From NCBI GenBank assembly GCA_030538915.1, contig JAUNTC010000001.1, forward strand, positions 9,256 through 73,255: a stretch of DNA of 64,000 nt. Direction: 5' to 3'. Shown piece by piece: positions 31,817-41,273 of the stretch. Under the pieces are notes generated by a model. It made no database searches. It was not told the DNA's origin and saw only the letters and a program-made list of their open reading frames with translations. The number at the start of each line of letters is the position of its first letter. Positions within the stretch are counted from its first letter, which is position 1. The position numbers and the translations under genes were made by a program. Origin of the DNA: Lachnospiraceae bacterium (GTDB taxonomy: Bacteria > Bacillota > Clostridia > Lachnospirales > Lachnospiraceae).

Positions 31817-33466
31817 TTATTTAGCAACTAAAACAACAATCGTTCGTTCATCGATTTCGATTGCTTTTTGCTCCTCAAGAGGAATCTCTTTCTTAAAAAT
31901 TCCAACCTGTGTAGATGCAGCCATGTGCCATTTTTTCTTTTTCGGCAAAGCCGGCAGTGCAAATGTATGTGGAATCCAGTGCATATTATATGCGACATAG
32001 CAATCCTGCGCCTGCAAGGATGCTCCACTATAATAAACGCCTAGCTGTCTGCTTGCGACTTCTTTTTCTATTCTCCATGCAAATTCTCCATGATAGGAAA
32101 CATCCGGAACTCCACACTTCATCATGTCCATGCCTGTAAATTCACGTGATGGATGAAAAACTTTATATTTTTTACGGAAAGCAATAAGCGCCTTTACAAA
32201 ATCGTGCAGTTCCTGCTGTGTAGAAAGCTTTTTCCAATTCACCCATCCGGTTGGATTATCCTGACAATACACATTATTATTGCCTTTCTGAGAATTGCCA
32301 AACTCATCTCCCGCAAGGAGACAAGGCGTTCCCTGTGCTAAAAATACAAGGAACAGAGCGTTTCTTAACTGCCCTTTTCGAAGATTTAAGACCGCTTTCT
32401 TCCTAGATGGTCCCTCCGCTCCGCAGTTCCAACTGTAATTGTAATCTGGACCATCCTGGTTATTTTCTCCATTGGCCTCATTGTGTTTACTTTCATATGA
32501 TACAAGGTCGTTCAATGTAAACCCATTATGACCGGCAATGTAATTAAAGATGCCTTCTTCGCCGGACAGATGACGCAGCCAATAAGTCACTGCTTCCACC
32601 ATACCTTCATCACCTTTTAGAAACCTCCGCATGATAGTCTGAAAATCCGCGCGGTGCACCATTAATTTACACCCTTTTAAATATGGATCCTCGTATGCCG
32701 CTTTTGTCGATACTGCTGCCGGATTGAGTATAAATCCATCAATATGGAACTCTCTTCTATAATAACGAAGACATTCGATCACCTGATAGATCGGCGTCTT
32801 CTCATAAAATGGCATCTCAAGCACTACTTCGATTTCTTCTCTATGACAGGCTTTCACCATATTTTTTAACGATCGCACCCCATCATTTACAGCCGAGTAT
32901 TCATTTTTCGGCGCAAAATAATACCCCGGGCCATACCCCCAATAGTTCGGCTTATTCTCTCCATCCATGAAGGAATAGACTGGCATGCACTGAATCTGAT
33001 TGATCCCCAGATCTTTTAAATATGGTAATTTTTCTACTACACCTTCAAATGTTCCTCTGTCTGCGACTTTGGAATAACCGTCCTGTGTGAACCCACGTAC
33101 GTGAAGACTGTATGCAATCACATCATCATATGCATGGGATGGATATACATCCTTCTCCCAGTCATATGGTTCTATCAATATCTTACTTTTGTGATCCTTC
33201 GTAAACGCTCTCGTATAAGGATCTGTAAATAAGACCTTATCATCGATCAGATATTCGTATGCTTCTGCATCCACATCCGACACTTTGACAGAATACACTG
33301 CCCCTTCACTTTTTTGCATCGGATATGTGACAGATGGTTCTTTCTCTCCTTTACAATACAGGAGAAGACTACACGTCTCCCCCTTCTCTACTGCAACTGA
33401 AAAACAGGTTCCATCTTCTTGTACCGTTACGCCTAACGGTAAGTGCTGTCCCTGTATACTTTTCAT
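31817..33466 (-). CDS. GlgX/isoamylase-like GH13 protein with degenerate catalytic residues
   Basis: PLG...CBM48-like N-terminus, HVRGFT, NYWGY, GFTLNDLVSY, SWNCG, GDEFGNSQKGNNNVYCQD; catalytic motifs altered. Confidence 0.85.
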   Translation of the reverse strand: MKSIQGQHLPLGVTVQEDGTCFSVAVEKGETCSLLLYCKGEKEPSVTYPMQKSEGAVYSVKVSDVDAEAYEYLIDDKVLFTDPYTRAFTKDHKSKILIEPYDWEKDVYPSHAYDDVIAYSLHVRGFTQDGYSKVADRGTFEGVVEKLPYLKDLGINQIQCMPVYSFMDGENKPNYWGYGPGYYFAPKNEYSAVNDGVRSLKNMVKACHREEIEVVLEMPFYEKTPIYQVIECLRYYRREFHIDGFILNPAAVSTKAAYEDPYLKGCKLMVHRADFQTIMRRFLKGDEGMVEAVTYWLRHLSGEEGIFNYIAGHNGFTLNDLVSYESKHNEANGENNQDGPDYNYSWNCGAEGPSRKKAVLNLRKGQLRNALFLVFLAQGTPCLLAGDEFGNSQKGNNNVYCQDNPTGWVNWKKLSTQQELHDFVKALIAFRKKYKVFHPSREFTGMDMMKCGVPDVSYHGEFAWRIEKEVASRQLGVYYSGASLQAQDCYVAYNMHWIPHTFALPALPKKKKWHMAASTQVGIFKKEIPLEEQKAIEIDERTIVVLVAK

Positions 33467-33486
33467 TCTCTGTATCCTTTCTGTGC

Positions 33487-34494
33487 CTATTGCCAGCCGT
33501 CTGTTCCGTACATATCGACATTATCCTTGTTGATCATAAAGACATCTTCATAGACTTCCTTTTCATAATCTTTGCCATCTAAAATATCTACCGCTGTTTT
33601 GCCGGCCTGTTTTCCCATATTGATCGGTGACTGCGCTGCAGTTCCTGCGATCTGATTCTCACGTTTTTTCAATTCCTTCTTAATATCCGGGGAACCATCT
33701 ACTCCGTAAATGATCACTTTGTCATTGCCTGCTACATTCACTGCAGTCTTTGCTGCCACTGCAACCTGGTCATTGCCGCACATAATTGCTGTCAGCTTCG
33801 GATGCTTCTTTAAGATTGCTTCGATTTCTTTCAGCGCCTTGTTAAATTCGCCATTCGTATCTGCACGTTCTACTACTTCAAACCCTTTCTCTGCTTTGGA
33901 AATGGCTTCTTCAAACCCTGTAATACGATCATTCATGGAATTCTGTGTCGGACACTCTAAAATTGCAACAGTACCTCCATTCGGACACTTCTCTATCAAA
34001 TCTTCTCCACAAATATATCCTGCATTTTTATTATCAGAGCCTACATAGGCATCCACATAAGACATCTCTTTCACCTGTGTATCCACATTGATGATCTTGA
34101 CACCTGCCTCTTTCAGTTTTTTCAAAGACGGTGTGATCTTCTCCCAGTCTACCGGGCTTAAAACAATTGCATCAATTCCTTCCTTGATCATCTCCTCAAT
34201 CTGAGAAGCCTGTTTTTTCGGATCACTTCCTGGATTTTTTGTGATGAGTTTTGAATCTTCTGCCTCAACAGCTTCTCTTGTTGCACTCTCAAGCGTAATA
34301 AAATAAGGGTTTTCCATGTCTATTCCCGAGAAGCCGATCACATACTTTTCCTGTTCTTCCTCATTTCCATCTTCATCTGTATCTTCTGTCTTTGCATTAT
34401 CTTCCGGTGTTCCTACATTCTTCTTGCATGCTGTCATGCCAAGCATGCAGACAAGTAAGACTGCCAAAAGGACCGCTACTTTTTTTCTAAACAT
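33487..34494 (-). CDS. RbsB-type sugar-binding lipoprotein (no permease in window)
   Basis: Lipobox MTAC; NPYF, VGSDN, RITGF, GND, GVDG, AQSP. Confidence 0.88.
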   Translation of the reverse strand: MFRKKVAVLLAVLLVCMLGMTACKKNVGTPEDNAKTEDTDEDGNEEEQEKYVIGFSGIDMENPYFITLESATREAVEAEDSKLITKNPGSDPKKQASQIEEMIKEGIDAIVLSPVDWEKITPSLKKLKEAGVKIINVDTQVKEMSYVDAYVGSDNKNAGYICGEDLIEKCPNGGTVAILECPTQNSMNDRITGFEEAISKAEKGFEVVERADTNGEFNKALKEIEAILKKHPKLTAIMCGNDQVAVAAKTAVNVAGNDKVIIYGVDGSPDIKKELKKRENQIAGTAAQSPINMGKQAGKTAVDILDGKDYEKEVYEDVFMINKDNVDMYGTDGWQ

Positions 34495-34624
34495 TCTATG
34501 TTCTCCTCCTTATGTACACGTAAATTTATTTTACAACATTTTTTTTATTTTGGCTACTATATCCTTGCTTTTTACCTGTTCCTTTGTTAGAGTTAAGATA
34601 TCTTATGAAAAGGAGAATTATATT

Positions 34625-34924
34625 ATGAGCGAACAGAATAATAACCTGGATGAGGCACAGATCACAGTAACTCTCACTCTTGAAAATGATGAGGAGATCG
34701 ATTGTGCAGTTTTAACTACATATTCCGTAAATGGAAGAGATTACATCGCACTTCTTCCGCTCGATGAAGATGGCGAAAGCGCAGATGGAGATGTTTTCCT
34801 CTATCGTTACGAGGAAGTTGACGGAGAGCCGACACTTGACAACATCGAAGACGATGAAGAATATGAAATCGCAGCTGATGCATTTGACGAATGGATGGAT
34901 GAACAGGAATTCGAAGAATTATAA
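34625..34924 (+). CDS. Small acidic protein (DUF1292-like)
   Basis: MSEQ start after AAGGAG RBS; DYIALLP, IEDDEEYE. Confidence 0.8.
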   Translation: MSEQNNNLDEAQITVTLTLENDEEIDCAVLTTYSVNGRDYIALLPLDEDGESADGDVFLYRYEEVDGEPTLDNIEDDEEYEIAADAFDEWMDEQEFEEL

Positions 34925-36751
34925 AAACAGCTCTTTTACAAAACGGGAAGGACTTACGTCTTTTCCGTTTTTTTCTTTTACATAGCTGATGATAAGCATC
35001 CGTTTTGCCCGCGTCATCGCCACATAAAAGAGCCGCCGTTCTTCCTCAATTTCTTCATCCATCACTGCACGCTTATAAGGCATGCACCCTTCGTTTGCTC
35101 CAAGGATAAAGACACTGTCGTATTCTAAGCCTTTTGCTCCGTGCATCGTAAGCATCTGTACTCCGTCTATATTTTGTCTTTTTTTATTTTCCTTCAGTTT
35201 TTCCTCATACTCTGCAATATGTGCAAACCAATCTTCCATCGTTTCAAAATTTTTCGAGCGTTCCTGCAATTCTTCCAGTACTTCAAACAATTCCTCCACA
35301 CCAAGCTTCCGATATGCCGCATATTCGCGTAAAAACTCATCGTAGCCGACTTTTTTTCGAATATACTGAATCGCAGCATAAGGACTTTTTCCGGCGATCA
35401 TCTTCATATCCCATTCCAATTGGTCTACGCGGTCAACCATCCATTCTTTTTGATGATAATAGGAACGAAGTGTCTCATAATCTGTATGTGGGTCGCGCAT
35501 ACTGTCACGGCCAATGTATCGATTTGGACGATTGACAATACGCAATAGATCTGCCCGTCCCACTGTTCCCATTGCCAGTCGCATATAACTTTGCAGGTCG
35601 CAGCCGATAAAATGCTGGTAAATATTCTGCATATGTTCTTTCATCTGAAATGGGATCTTATATTCCGTAAATGTTTCTGCCAGAGTTCTTGCATCCGCTG
35701 CTGTACGATACAAAACTGCAATTTCATTGTACGGTACACTATTTTCATGAACTTCCATAACCTTCGAAAGAATATATTTGCTCTCCTCGAAAGGATCCCG
35801 TACTTCCTGTACGTGTACGCACAATTCTGCTTTCTGATCTGCCTTTATTTTCTTTGTAAATCGATTTTTGTTATTAGCGATCACACGGAGTGCGCCGTTA
35901 ACGATGTGCGCACTGGACCGGTAATTTACATCAAGAAGAATCTGTTTTGCTTCCGGATAATCTTCCATGAAATCTTTCATGATACCAGGACTTGCTCCAC
36001 GGAATCCATAGATTGACTGATCATCATCGCCGACAACGAACAGATTTTTATTTTTTCCTGCCAGCATACGAATCACATCATATTGTATCCGGTTAATGTC
36101 CTGAAATTCATCGATCAATATATAACGAAACCGCATCTGCCATTTTTCCAGAATATCCGGATGTTCTTCAAATAAAATCGCACATTCCAGAAGCATATCT
36201 TCAAAATCAAGCTTATGCAGACGTTTCTTCTCTTTTTCATAATTCATATAAATTTCCCGGAATCGCTCTGCACCGTATTTCTTTGATTCATACGCATTAA
36301 TCTTATATCTGTGATTTTTGACATTTCCAATCTCTTCCGACAGATTTTTCAGGAAGTCTTCTTCTTTTACTGTCTCCGCATCCTCTCCCCAGTCTGTCTT
36401 AGAAATAATTTCTGTAAGCAAACTTTTGCGTTCTTCATCTGACAACAGATTTGCAGAGCTGAGTCCATAGGAATATTTTAAAATACCATAATAAATTCCA
36501 TGAAAGGTTCCAAATGTGACAGCCGAAGATGGATCACCGATCACTTTCAAAAACCGTTGTTTCATCGATTCTGCCGCATACTTTGTAAAGGTAAGGACCA
36601 GAATTTCTTCTGGCCTTACCTTTGCTTTCATGATCAGATATTCTATTCTTTTTGCGATGGTAAGAGTTTTCCCGGAACCGGGACCGGCAAGGACCATACA
36701 TGGTCCTTCCTTGTGGGCGATCGCCTCTTTCTGAGCATAGTTTAATTGCAT
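34919..36751 (-). CDS. UvrD/PcrA-family SF1 helicase
   Basis: AGPGSGKT, DEFQD, VGDDDQSIYGFRG, TMHGAKGLE, EERRLFYVAMTRA. Confidence 0.95.
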   Translation of the reverse strand: MQLNYAQKEAIAHKEGPCMVLAGPGSGKTLTIAKRIEYLIMKAKVRPEEILVLTFTKYAAESMKQRFLKVIGDPSSAVTFGTFHGIYYGILKYSYGLSSANLLSDEERKSLLTEIISKTDWGEDAETVKEEDFLKNLSEEIGNVKNHRYKINAYESKKYGAERFREIYMNYEKEKKRLHKLDFEDMLLECAILFEEHPDILEKWQMRFRYILIDEFQDINRIQYDVIRMLAGKNKNLFVVGDDDQSIYGFRGASPGIMKDFMEDYPEAKQILLDVNYRSSAHIVNGALRVIANNKNRFTKKIKADQKAELCVHVQEVRDPFEESKYILSKVMEVHENSVPYNEIAVLYRTAADARTLAETFTEYKIPFQMKEHMQNIYQHFIGCDLQSYMRLAMGTVGRADLLRIVNRPNRYIGRDSMRDPHTDYETLRSYYHQKEWMVDRVDQLEWDMKMIAGKSPYAAIQYIRKKVGYDEFLREYAAYRKLGVEELFEVLEELQERSKNFETMEDWFAHIAEYEEKLKENKKRQNIDGVQMLTMHGAKGLEYDSVFILGANEGCMPYKRAVMDEEIEEERRLFYVAMTRAKRMLIISYVKEKNGKDVSPSRFVKELFL

Positions 36752-36759
36752 ATATTCCT

Positions 36760-38220
36760 CTATTTGCTTAATAATTCAATACCAGTCTTAATTCTGTTTA
36801 CAGATTCCTCTTTGCCAAGAATCTCCATAATCTCTGTAGCGCCACCTGGTGTATTCTGTTTTCCAGAAACCGCAGTACGGATTGGCCACATAACAAATCC
36901 AGTCTTCACACCTTTTTCGTCTACATATTTTTTAAGAAGTGCAAACAGTGCATCGTTGCTAAAATCATCCTGCTCCTCAAGCAGTGGTAAAACTTCTTTT
37001 AATACTTCCAAAGAGTTTTCTTCATTTGTCTTCATCTTCTTATGACAGTACATTGCTGTATCGTATTCCGGAAGCTCCTCAAAGAAATCAATCTGTTCCT
37101 TAATATCTGGAAATACTTCAATTCTTGTCTTAACTAATTTTGCGATTTTTTTAAGGTCGTAGTCTTTTGTAACCACTTCCTGGATATACGGTTTTGCCAT
37201 TTCAAAGAATTTTTCTTCATCCATAGCTTTTAAATATTCTCCGTTCATCCATTTTAACTTCACAATGTCAAATACTGCAGGTGACTTGCTCATATGGCGA
37301 TAGTCAAATGCTTTTACAAGCTCTTCCAGAGAGAAAATCTCTGTATTATCTGATGGACACCATCCAAGCAGTGCAACGTAGTTTACAACCGCCTCTTTTA
37401 CAAATCCCTGGTCGATCAGATCTTCATAAGAAGAATGTCCACATCTCTTACTCAGTTTCTTATGTGTCTCATCTGTGATCAGCGGACAGTGTACATAAGT
37501 CGGGATATCCCATCCAAATGCTTCGTAAATCTTATTGTATTTCGGTGCAGATGAAAGATACTCATTTCCACGCACAACATGTGTGATTCCCATCAGATGA
37601 TCATCGATAACATTTGCAAAATTGTATGTCGGATATCCATCTGATTTAATAAGGATGAGATCTTCCAGTTCGTTATTTGGAACTGTAATATCACCATAAA
37701 TATCATCTTCAAATGTTGTTGTGCCTTCTGTTGGCATATTAAAACGAATTACATATGGCTTTCCTGCATCCAGATTTGCCTGTACTTCTTCTTTGCTCAA
37801 TCCAAGACAATGTTTGTCATAAACAACAATCTCTGTACTTCCTTCTCCGTCAACTGTATTTTTTAAAGATTCCAGTCTCTCTTTATCACAGAAGCAATAA
37901 TAAGCATCTCCCTGCTCGATGAGCTGTTTTGCATATTTTAAATATAATCCAGATTTATTTCTCTCGCTCTGAACATACGGACCAACTCCACCATCCTTGT
38001 CCGGTCCTTCATCATGTACAAGTCCTGTCTCTTCCAGTGTATGATAAATGATTTCCAGCGCGCCTTCTACAAAACGCTCCTGGTCAGTATCTTCGATACG
38101 AAGAATGAAATCTCCACCTTCATGCTTTGCGATCAGATACGCATACAATGCGGTTCTTAAGTTGCCGACATGCATTCTTCCTGTCGGACTTGGGGCAAAT
38201 CTTGTTCTTACTTTACTCAT
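36760..38220 (-). CDS. gltX: Glutamate--tRNA ligase
   Basis: [12 protein letters not shown] (HIGH), LRIEDTD, KLSKR (KMSKS). Confidence 0.97.
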   Translation of the reverse strand: MSKVRTRFAPSPTGRMHVGNLRTALYAYLIAKHEGGDFILRIEDTDQERFVEGALEIIYHTLEETGLVHDEGPDKDGGVGPYVQSERNKSGLYLKYAKQLIEQGDAYYCFCDKERLESLKNTVDGEGSTEIVVYDKHCLGLSKEEVQANLDAGKPYVIRFNMPTEGTTTFEDDIYGDITVPNNELEDLILIKSDGYPTYNFANVIDDHLMGITHVVRGNEYLSSAPKYNKIYEAFGWDIPTYVHCPLITDETHKKLSKRCGHSSYEDLIDQGFVKEAVVNYVALLGWCPSDNTEIFSLEELVKAFDYRHMSKSPAVFDIVKLKWMNGEYLKAMDEEKFFEMAKPYIQEVVTKDYDLKKIAKLVKTRIEVFPDIKEQIDFFEELPEYDTAMYCHKKMKTNEENSLEVLKEVLPLLEEQDDFSNDALFALLKKYVDEKGVKTGFVMWPIRTAVSGKQNTPGGATEIMEILGKEESVNRIKTGIELLSK

Positions 38221-38236
38221 GGTTATTATCTCCTAA

Positions 38237-38740
38237 CTATATTATAATTTTATTACTTTTTGTTTTATCTTTTTTCTTTCTGTGATACTTCCACTGTTTC
38301 CAGTAGCCTTTCTGGAATACATCACGTGGGATAGAAAGAATGATGGCAATTCCCAGTACGATCCCAAACGATACTTTCACCGCTTCCAGACCTTTCGTGG
38401 CTGCCATACCAAGCTCATTCACAACCAAATAATAAATTGTATGATAGAGAATGGCTCCCGGTACCATAGGAATAACACCAGGTACCAAAAAAATTGTGAT
38501 CGGGCATTTCATCCGAACGGTAAGCATTCGCGCAATGAGCACTACGACCAACGTTCCAAAAAAAGATGAAATTGATGTGGATACTCCTATGTACTTATCC
38601 AAGACTAGATAAATACACCACCCGGCCGCTCCGGTTATTCCACAGCCAACATAGTAACGCTTAGGAATATTGAATAATATGCCAAATGCTGACGATCCTA
38701 TAAATGCACAGATTCCATTAATTAATAATTCTTCGATCAC
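38237..38740 (-). CDS. ThrE-family exporter, small subunit
   Basis: Hydrophobic; FGILFNIP, PGVIPMVPG; GTG start overlapping upstream stop. Confidence 0.85.
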   Translation of the reverse strand: MIEELLINGICAFIGSSAFGILFNIPKRYYVGCGITGAAGWCIYLVLDKYIGVSTSISSFFGTLVVVLIARMLTVRMKCPITIFLVPGVIPMVPGAILYHTIYYLVVNELGMAATKGLEAVKVSFGIVLGIAIILSIPRDVFQKGYWKQWKYHRKKKDKTKSNKIII

Positions 38741-39966
38741 GAAACAATTCCTCCTAACGTATGATAAATGCTAAGAGTCAGACCAACACCAATGGCAATA
38801 TATACAAACACTAACAATGTATCGATCATCCGAACTGTACCAGACAGGAAATCGCTGTCTGCAATTTCTCGAATTGAATTGACAAATGCCATTCCCGGTA
38901 CAAGCGGCATCAATGCACCTACGATCATACCATTGAGTTGCAACGACATAATACCTGAAATCTCCCTGGCTGTCAAAGCAAGGCCTGTGATAATTGCACC
39001 ACCTACAATATTGCTGACGATCTTCGTCACATGACATTTCTTTGCGAATAATATCCAACAAAATAATATACAACCGATAAAGAAGGCGATCACACTTTCT
39101 TTTGCCGATGCGCCTAACAAATATCCAAGACAGCCACTGGATGCACCTGCCCCTAGGATCTGCGCGATTGGGCGCATTGGTTCCATTTTATCAATCTCTT
39201 TCAATCTTCTTTGTGCCTCTTCCAAAGAAACTCTTCCGGAAGAAATCGCTCTTGAAAGCGCATTCACCTCCGCTACAATGCCAAGGTGCGTCCCTGACAG
39301 CGGTACATTTTTCACTTTTGTATATACTTCCTCTTCTCCGCTTTTTGCTGTAACAAAAATCGCGTGACTGAGTGTAAATATATCAACTTCATCAATATGA
39401 AATCGATTACAGATATGTGTCATTGTCTCTTCCACACGAAAGATCTCTCCTCCGTTTTTAAGAAGTATCCTTCCTGCTTCCAGCGCCACATCCACTACCT
39501 TTTTAATATCTATGTCAGATTCCAGACGCCTCTTTAAATATACCATATCCGTAAGCTGTATGCCATTGTCATAAACAGGTTCTTTATATTTTTTTAAAAA
39601 ATATCCAGCAAGAATGTGAGAATTGATGAATCCACATTTTTCAAAAAATCCAAGTATTTTTCCACAGTTTCCAAATCCTACATACAATTCATTACATCTG
39701 TCACTATAATGTTCACAGATATAGTCAACCATATATTTTCCATACCCCTGTTTTCTTGCTTCTTCTATTGTAACGATACGCTTGATCTCGCACTTCTTAT
39801 TTCTGCATACACAAACAGCGCAGGCCGTCTTAATGACGCCATCATCTGTCAGAAGGAAAAGATCAAACGTATCCAGCTTATTTTCAAACTCTTCATCTCC
39901 CGGCTCGTTAAACTTCAGGAAATCGAGATATTGTTCTTTATCTTCTATAACTTGTTGAATTCTCAT
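38737..39966 (-). CDS. GNAT acetyltransferase fused to a ThrE-family exporter subunit
   Basis: N-terminal ARKQGYGK and FFEKCGF GNAT motifs; C-terminal AGRILLKNGGEIFRVEET and PLVPG ThrE motifs. Confidence 0.85.
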   Translation of the reverse strand: MRIQQVIEDKEQYLDFLKFNEPGDEEFENKLDTFDLFLLTDDGVIKTACAVCVCRNKKCEIKRIVTIEEARKQGYGKYMVDYICEHYSDRCNELYVGFGNCGKILGFFEKCGFINSHILAGYFLKKYKEPVYDNGIQLTDMVYLKRRLESDIDIKKVVDVALEAGRILLKNGGEIFRVEETMTHICNRFHIDEVDIFTLSHAIFVTAKSGEEEVYTKVKNVPLSGTHLGIVAEVNALSRAISSGRVSLEEAQRRLKEIDKMEPMRPIAQILGAGASSGCLGYLLGASAKESVIAFFIGCILFCWILFAKKCHVTKIVSNIVGGAIITGLALTAREISGIMSLQLNGMIVGALMPLVPGMAFVNSIREIADSDFLSGTVRMIDTLLVFVYIAIGVGLTLSIYHTLGGIVS

Positions 39967-40035
39967 ATCTTGCTCCTTGTAACTAATCCAACACATTATA
40001 GCATCACATTTTCCAAATAGCAACCTCGCCAACAA

Positions 40036-40070
40036 CAAAGCGGCGTCTTGACAAAAATATCAAGACGCCA
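40036..40070 (-). terminator. Terminator of the grd operon
   Basis: GGCGTCTTGA...TCAAGACGCC inverted repeat after grdD. Confidence 0.8.
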
Positions 40071-40104
40071 CCTGGTCAGAATATAACTTTAAGGCCATCT
40101 GGGC

Positions 40105-41259
40105 TTAATTAATATATCCAGCTTTCTTTAATTCTTCTTCAGCTTTTGCAAGATTTGCATCCGATACACGGATGATCGGTCCGGTACATCCCATTCCGCT
40201 CTCTGCATAAATATTGAGTTTCCACAGGACTTTAACTGCATCCTCAAGATCCATAACTTCGATTCCTGCGATCTGGCTTGTAACGATTTCCTTCGGTGGC
40301 TCTTTTACATCTTCTTCAGCCGCTGCCGGTTTGTTCGCTGCCTTTCTTGCTTCAAGAATCGCTTTTAATCCAGCTTTGTTTGCTGCTGCAAACTCTGCTT
40401 TTGCAATATCAAATACTTTGCTTCTTACAAGCTGTGCTGCATAACGAATAGCTCCTGCGATAAGCGGTGCTCCACTTGCTCTTGATACGATCATGACTAA
40501 CTGCTCATATCCTTCTCCGATTCCAGGTCCATATCCGTATCCTGATGCTTCATAACTGCCTCCCGTTGTATATGAAGATAACATCTTGATCAGAATGTTT
40601 CCAGTCAGGGAATCTGTAACCATAATATCCGGAGTTCCCTGCAGTACGTCATTTCCTCTCATTACACATCCACCGTCTGCTCTTGCTGACTCTGCAAATG
40701 TAATATCATATCCGTTTTCTTTTAATTCTTTTAATGCTTTTTCTGTCTGGCGTGCACCGTCTACATTCAGGATTCCAACTGTAGGATTTACTTTTCCACA
40801 AGCTTTTGCTGCGATGATTCCATAAATTGTATTTTTGATCATTCCTTCGATACGGTCTGCACTAGAAGTTCCAGTTGTGTTAGCTACGAACATTTCTCTT
40901 CCTTTAGAAGGTGTGATTGCACGTCCTACTGTAGATACTCCGATTGGGAATGGGAAATGCATAGTGACTGCTCCGTCTACTTCCTTGTTTGCCAGCATTT
41001 CTTCCATCTTTTTGTGGCCTTCCTCATCATCTGCCACTTTGACGGTTGTAACGCCTTCTGCTTCCAGAGATCCGATGTAATAAACATCAATCCCTTCTTT
41101 TGCAGCCATGAGCGCTGCTTCCATTGCATTCTCTTCGCCATGCTCAGATCCCATTCCTGTAAGCGCGATCTTCGGTCTTTTACCAAAGCTTCCTGTTTCC
41201 AGTCCCTGCGCCATCTCAAGGAAGGTCTCTGCGATCATTTTTTCAATTTTATCTGCCAT
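40105..41259 (-). CDS. grdD: Glycine reductase protein C, small subunit (PlsX-like)
   Basis: GSEHG, MHFPFPIGVSTVGR, ESGMGCTGP catalytic Cys. Confidence 0.95.
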   Translation of the reverse strand: MADKIEKMIAETFLEMAQGLETGSFGKRPKIALTGMGSEHGEENAMEAALMAAKEGIDVYYIGSLEAEGVTTVKVADDEEGHKKMEEMLANKEVDGAVTMHFPFPIGVSTVGRAITPSKGREMFVANTTGTSSADRIEGMIKNTIYGIIAAKACGKVNPTVGILNVDGARQTEKALKELKENGYDITFAESARADGGCVMRGNDVLQGTPDIMVTDSLTGNILIKMLSSYTTGGSYEASGYGYGPGIGEGYEQLVMIVSRASGAPLIAGAIRYAAQLVRSKVFDIAKAEFAAANKAGLKAILEARKAANKPAAAEEDVKEPPKEIVTSQIAGIEVMDLEDAVKVLWKLNIYAESGMGCTGPIIRVSDANLAKAEEELKKAGYIN

Positions 41260-41273
41260 TATAATGTACCCCC

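Noticed and set aside
34316-34624. N-terminal extension of the 202-aa plus-strand ORF
   Set aside because: Overlaps the sugar-binding gene antisense; the RBS supports a start at 34625
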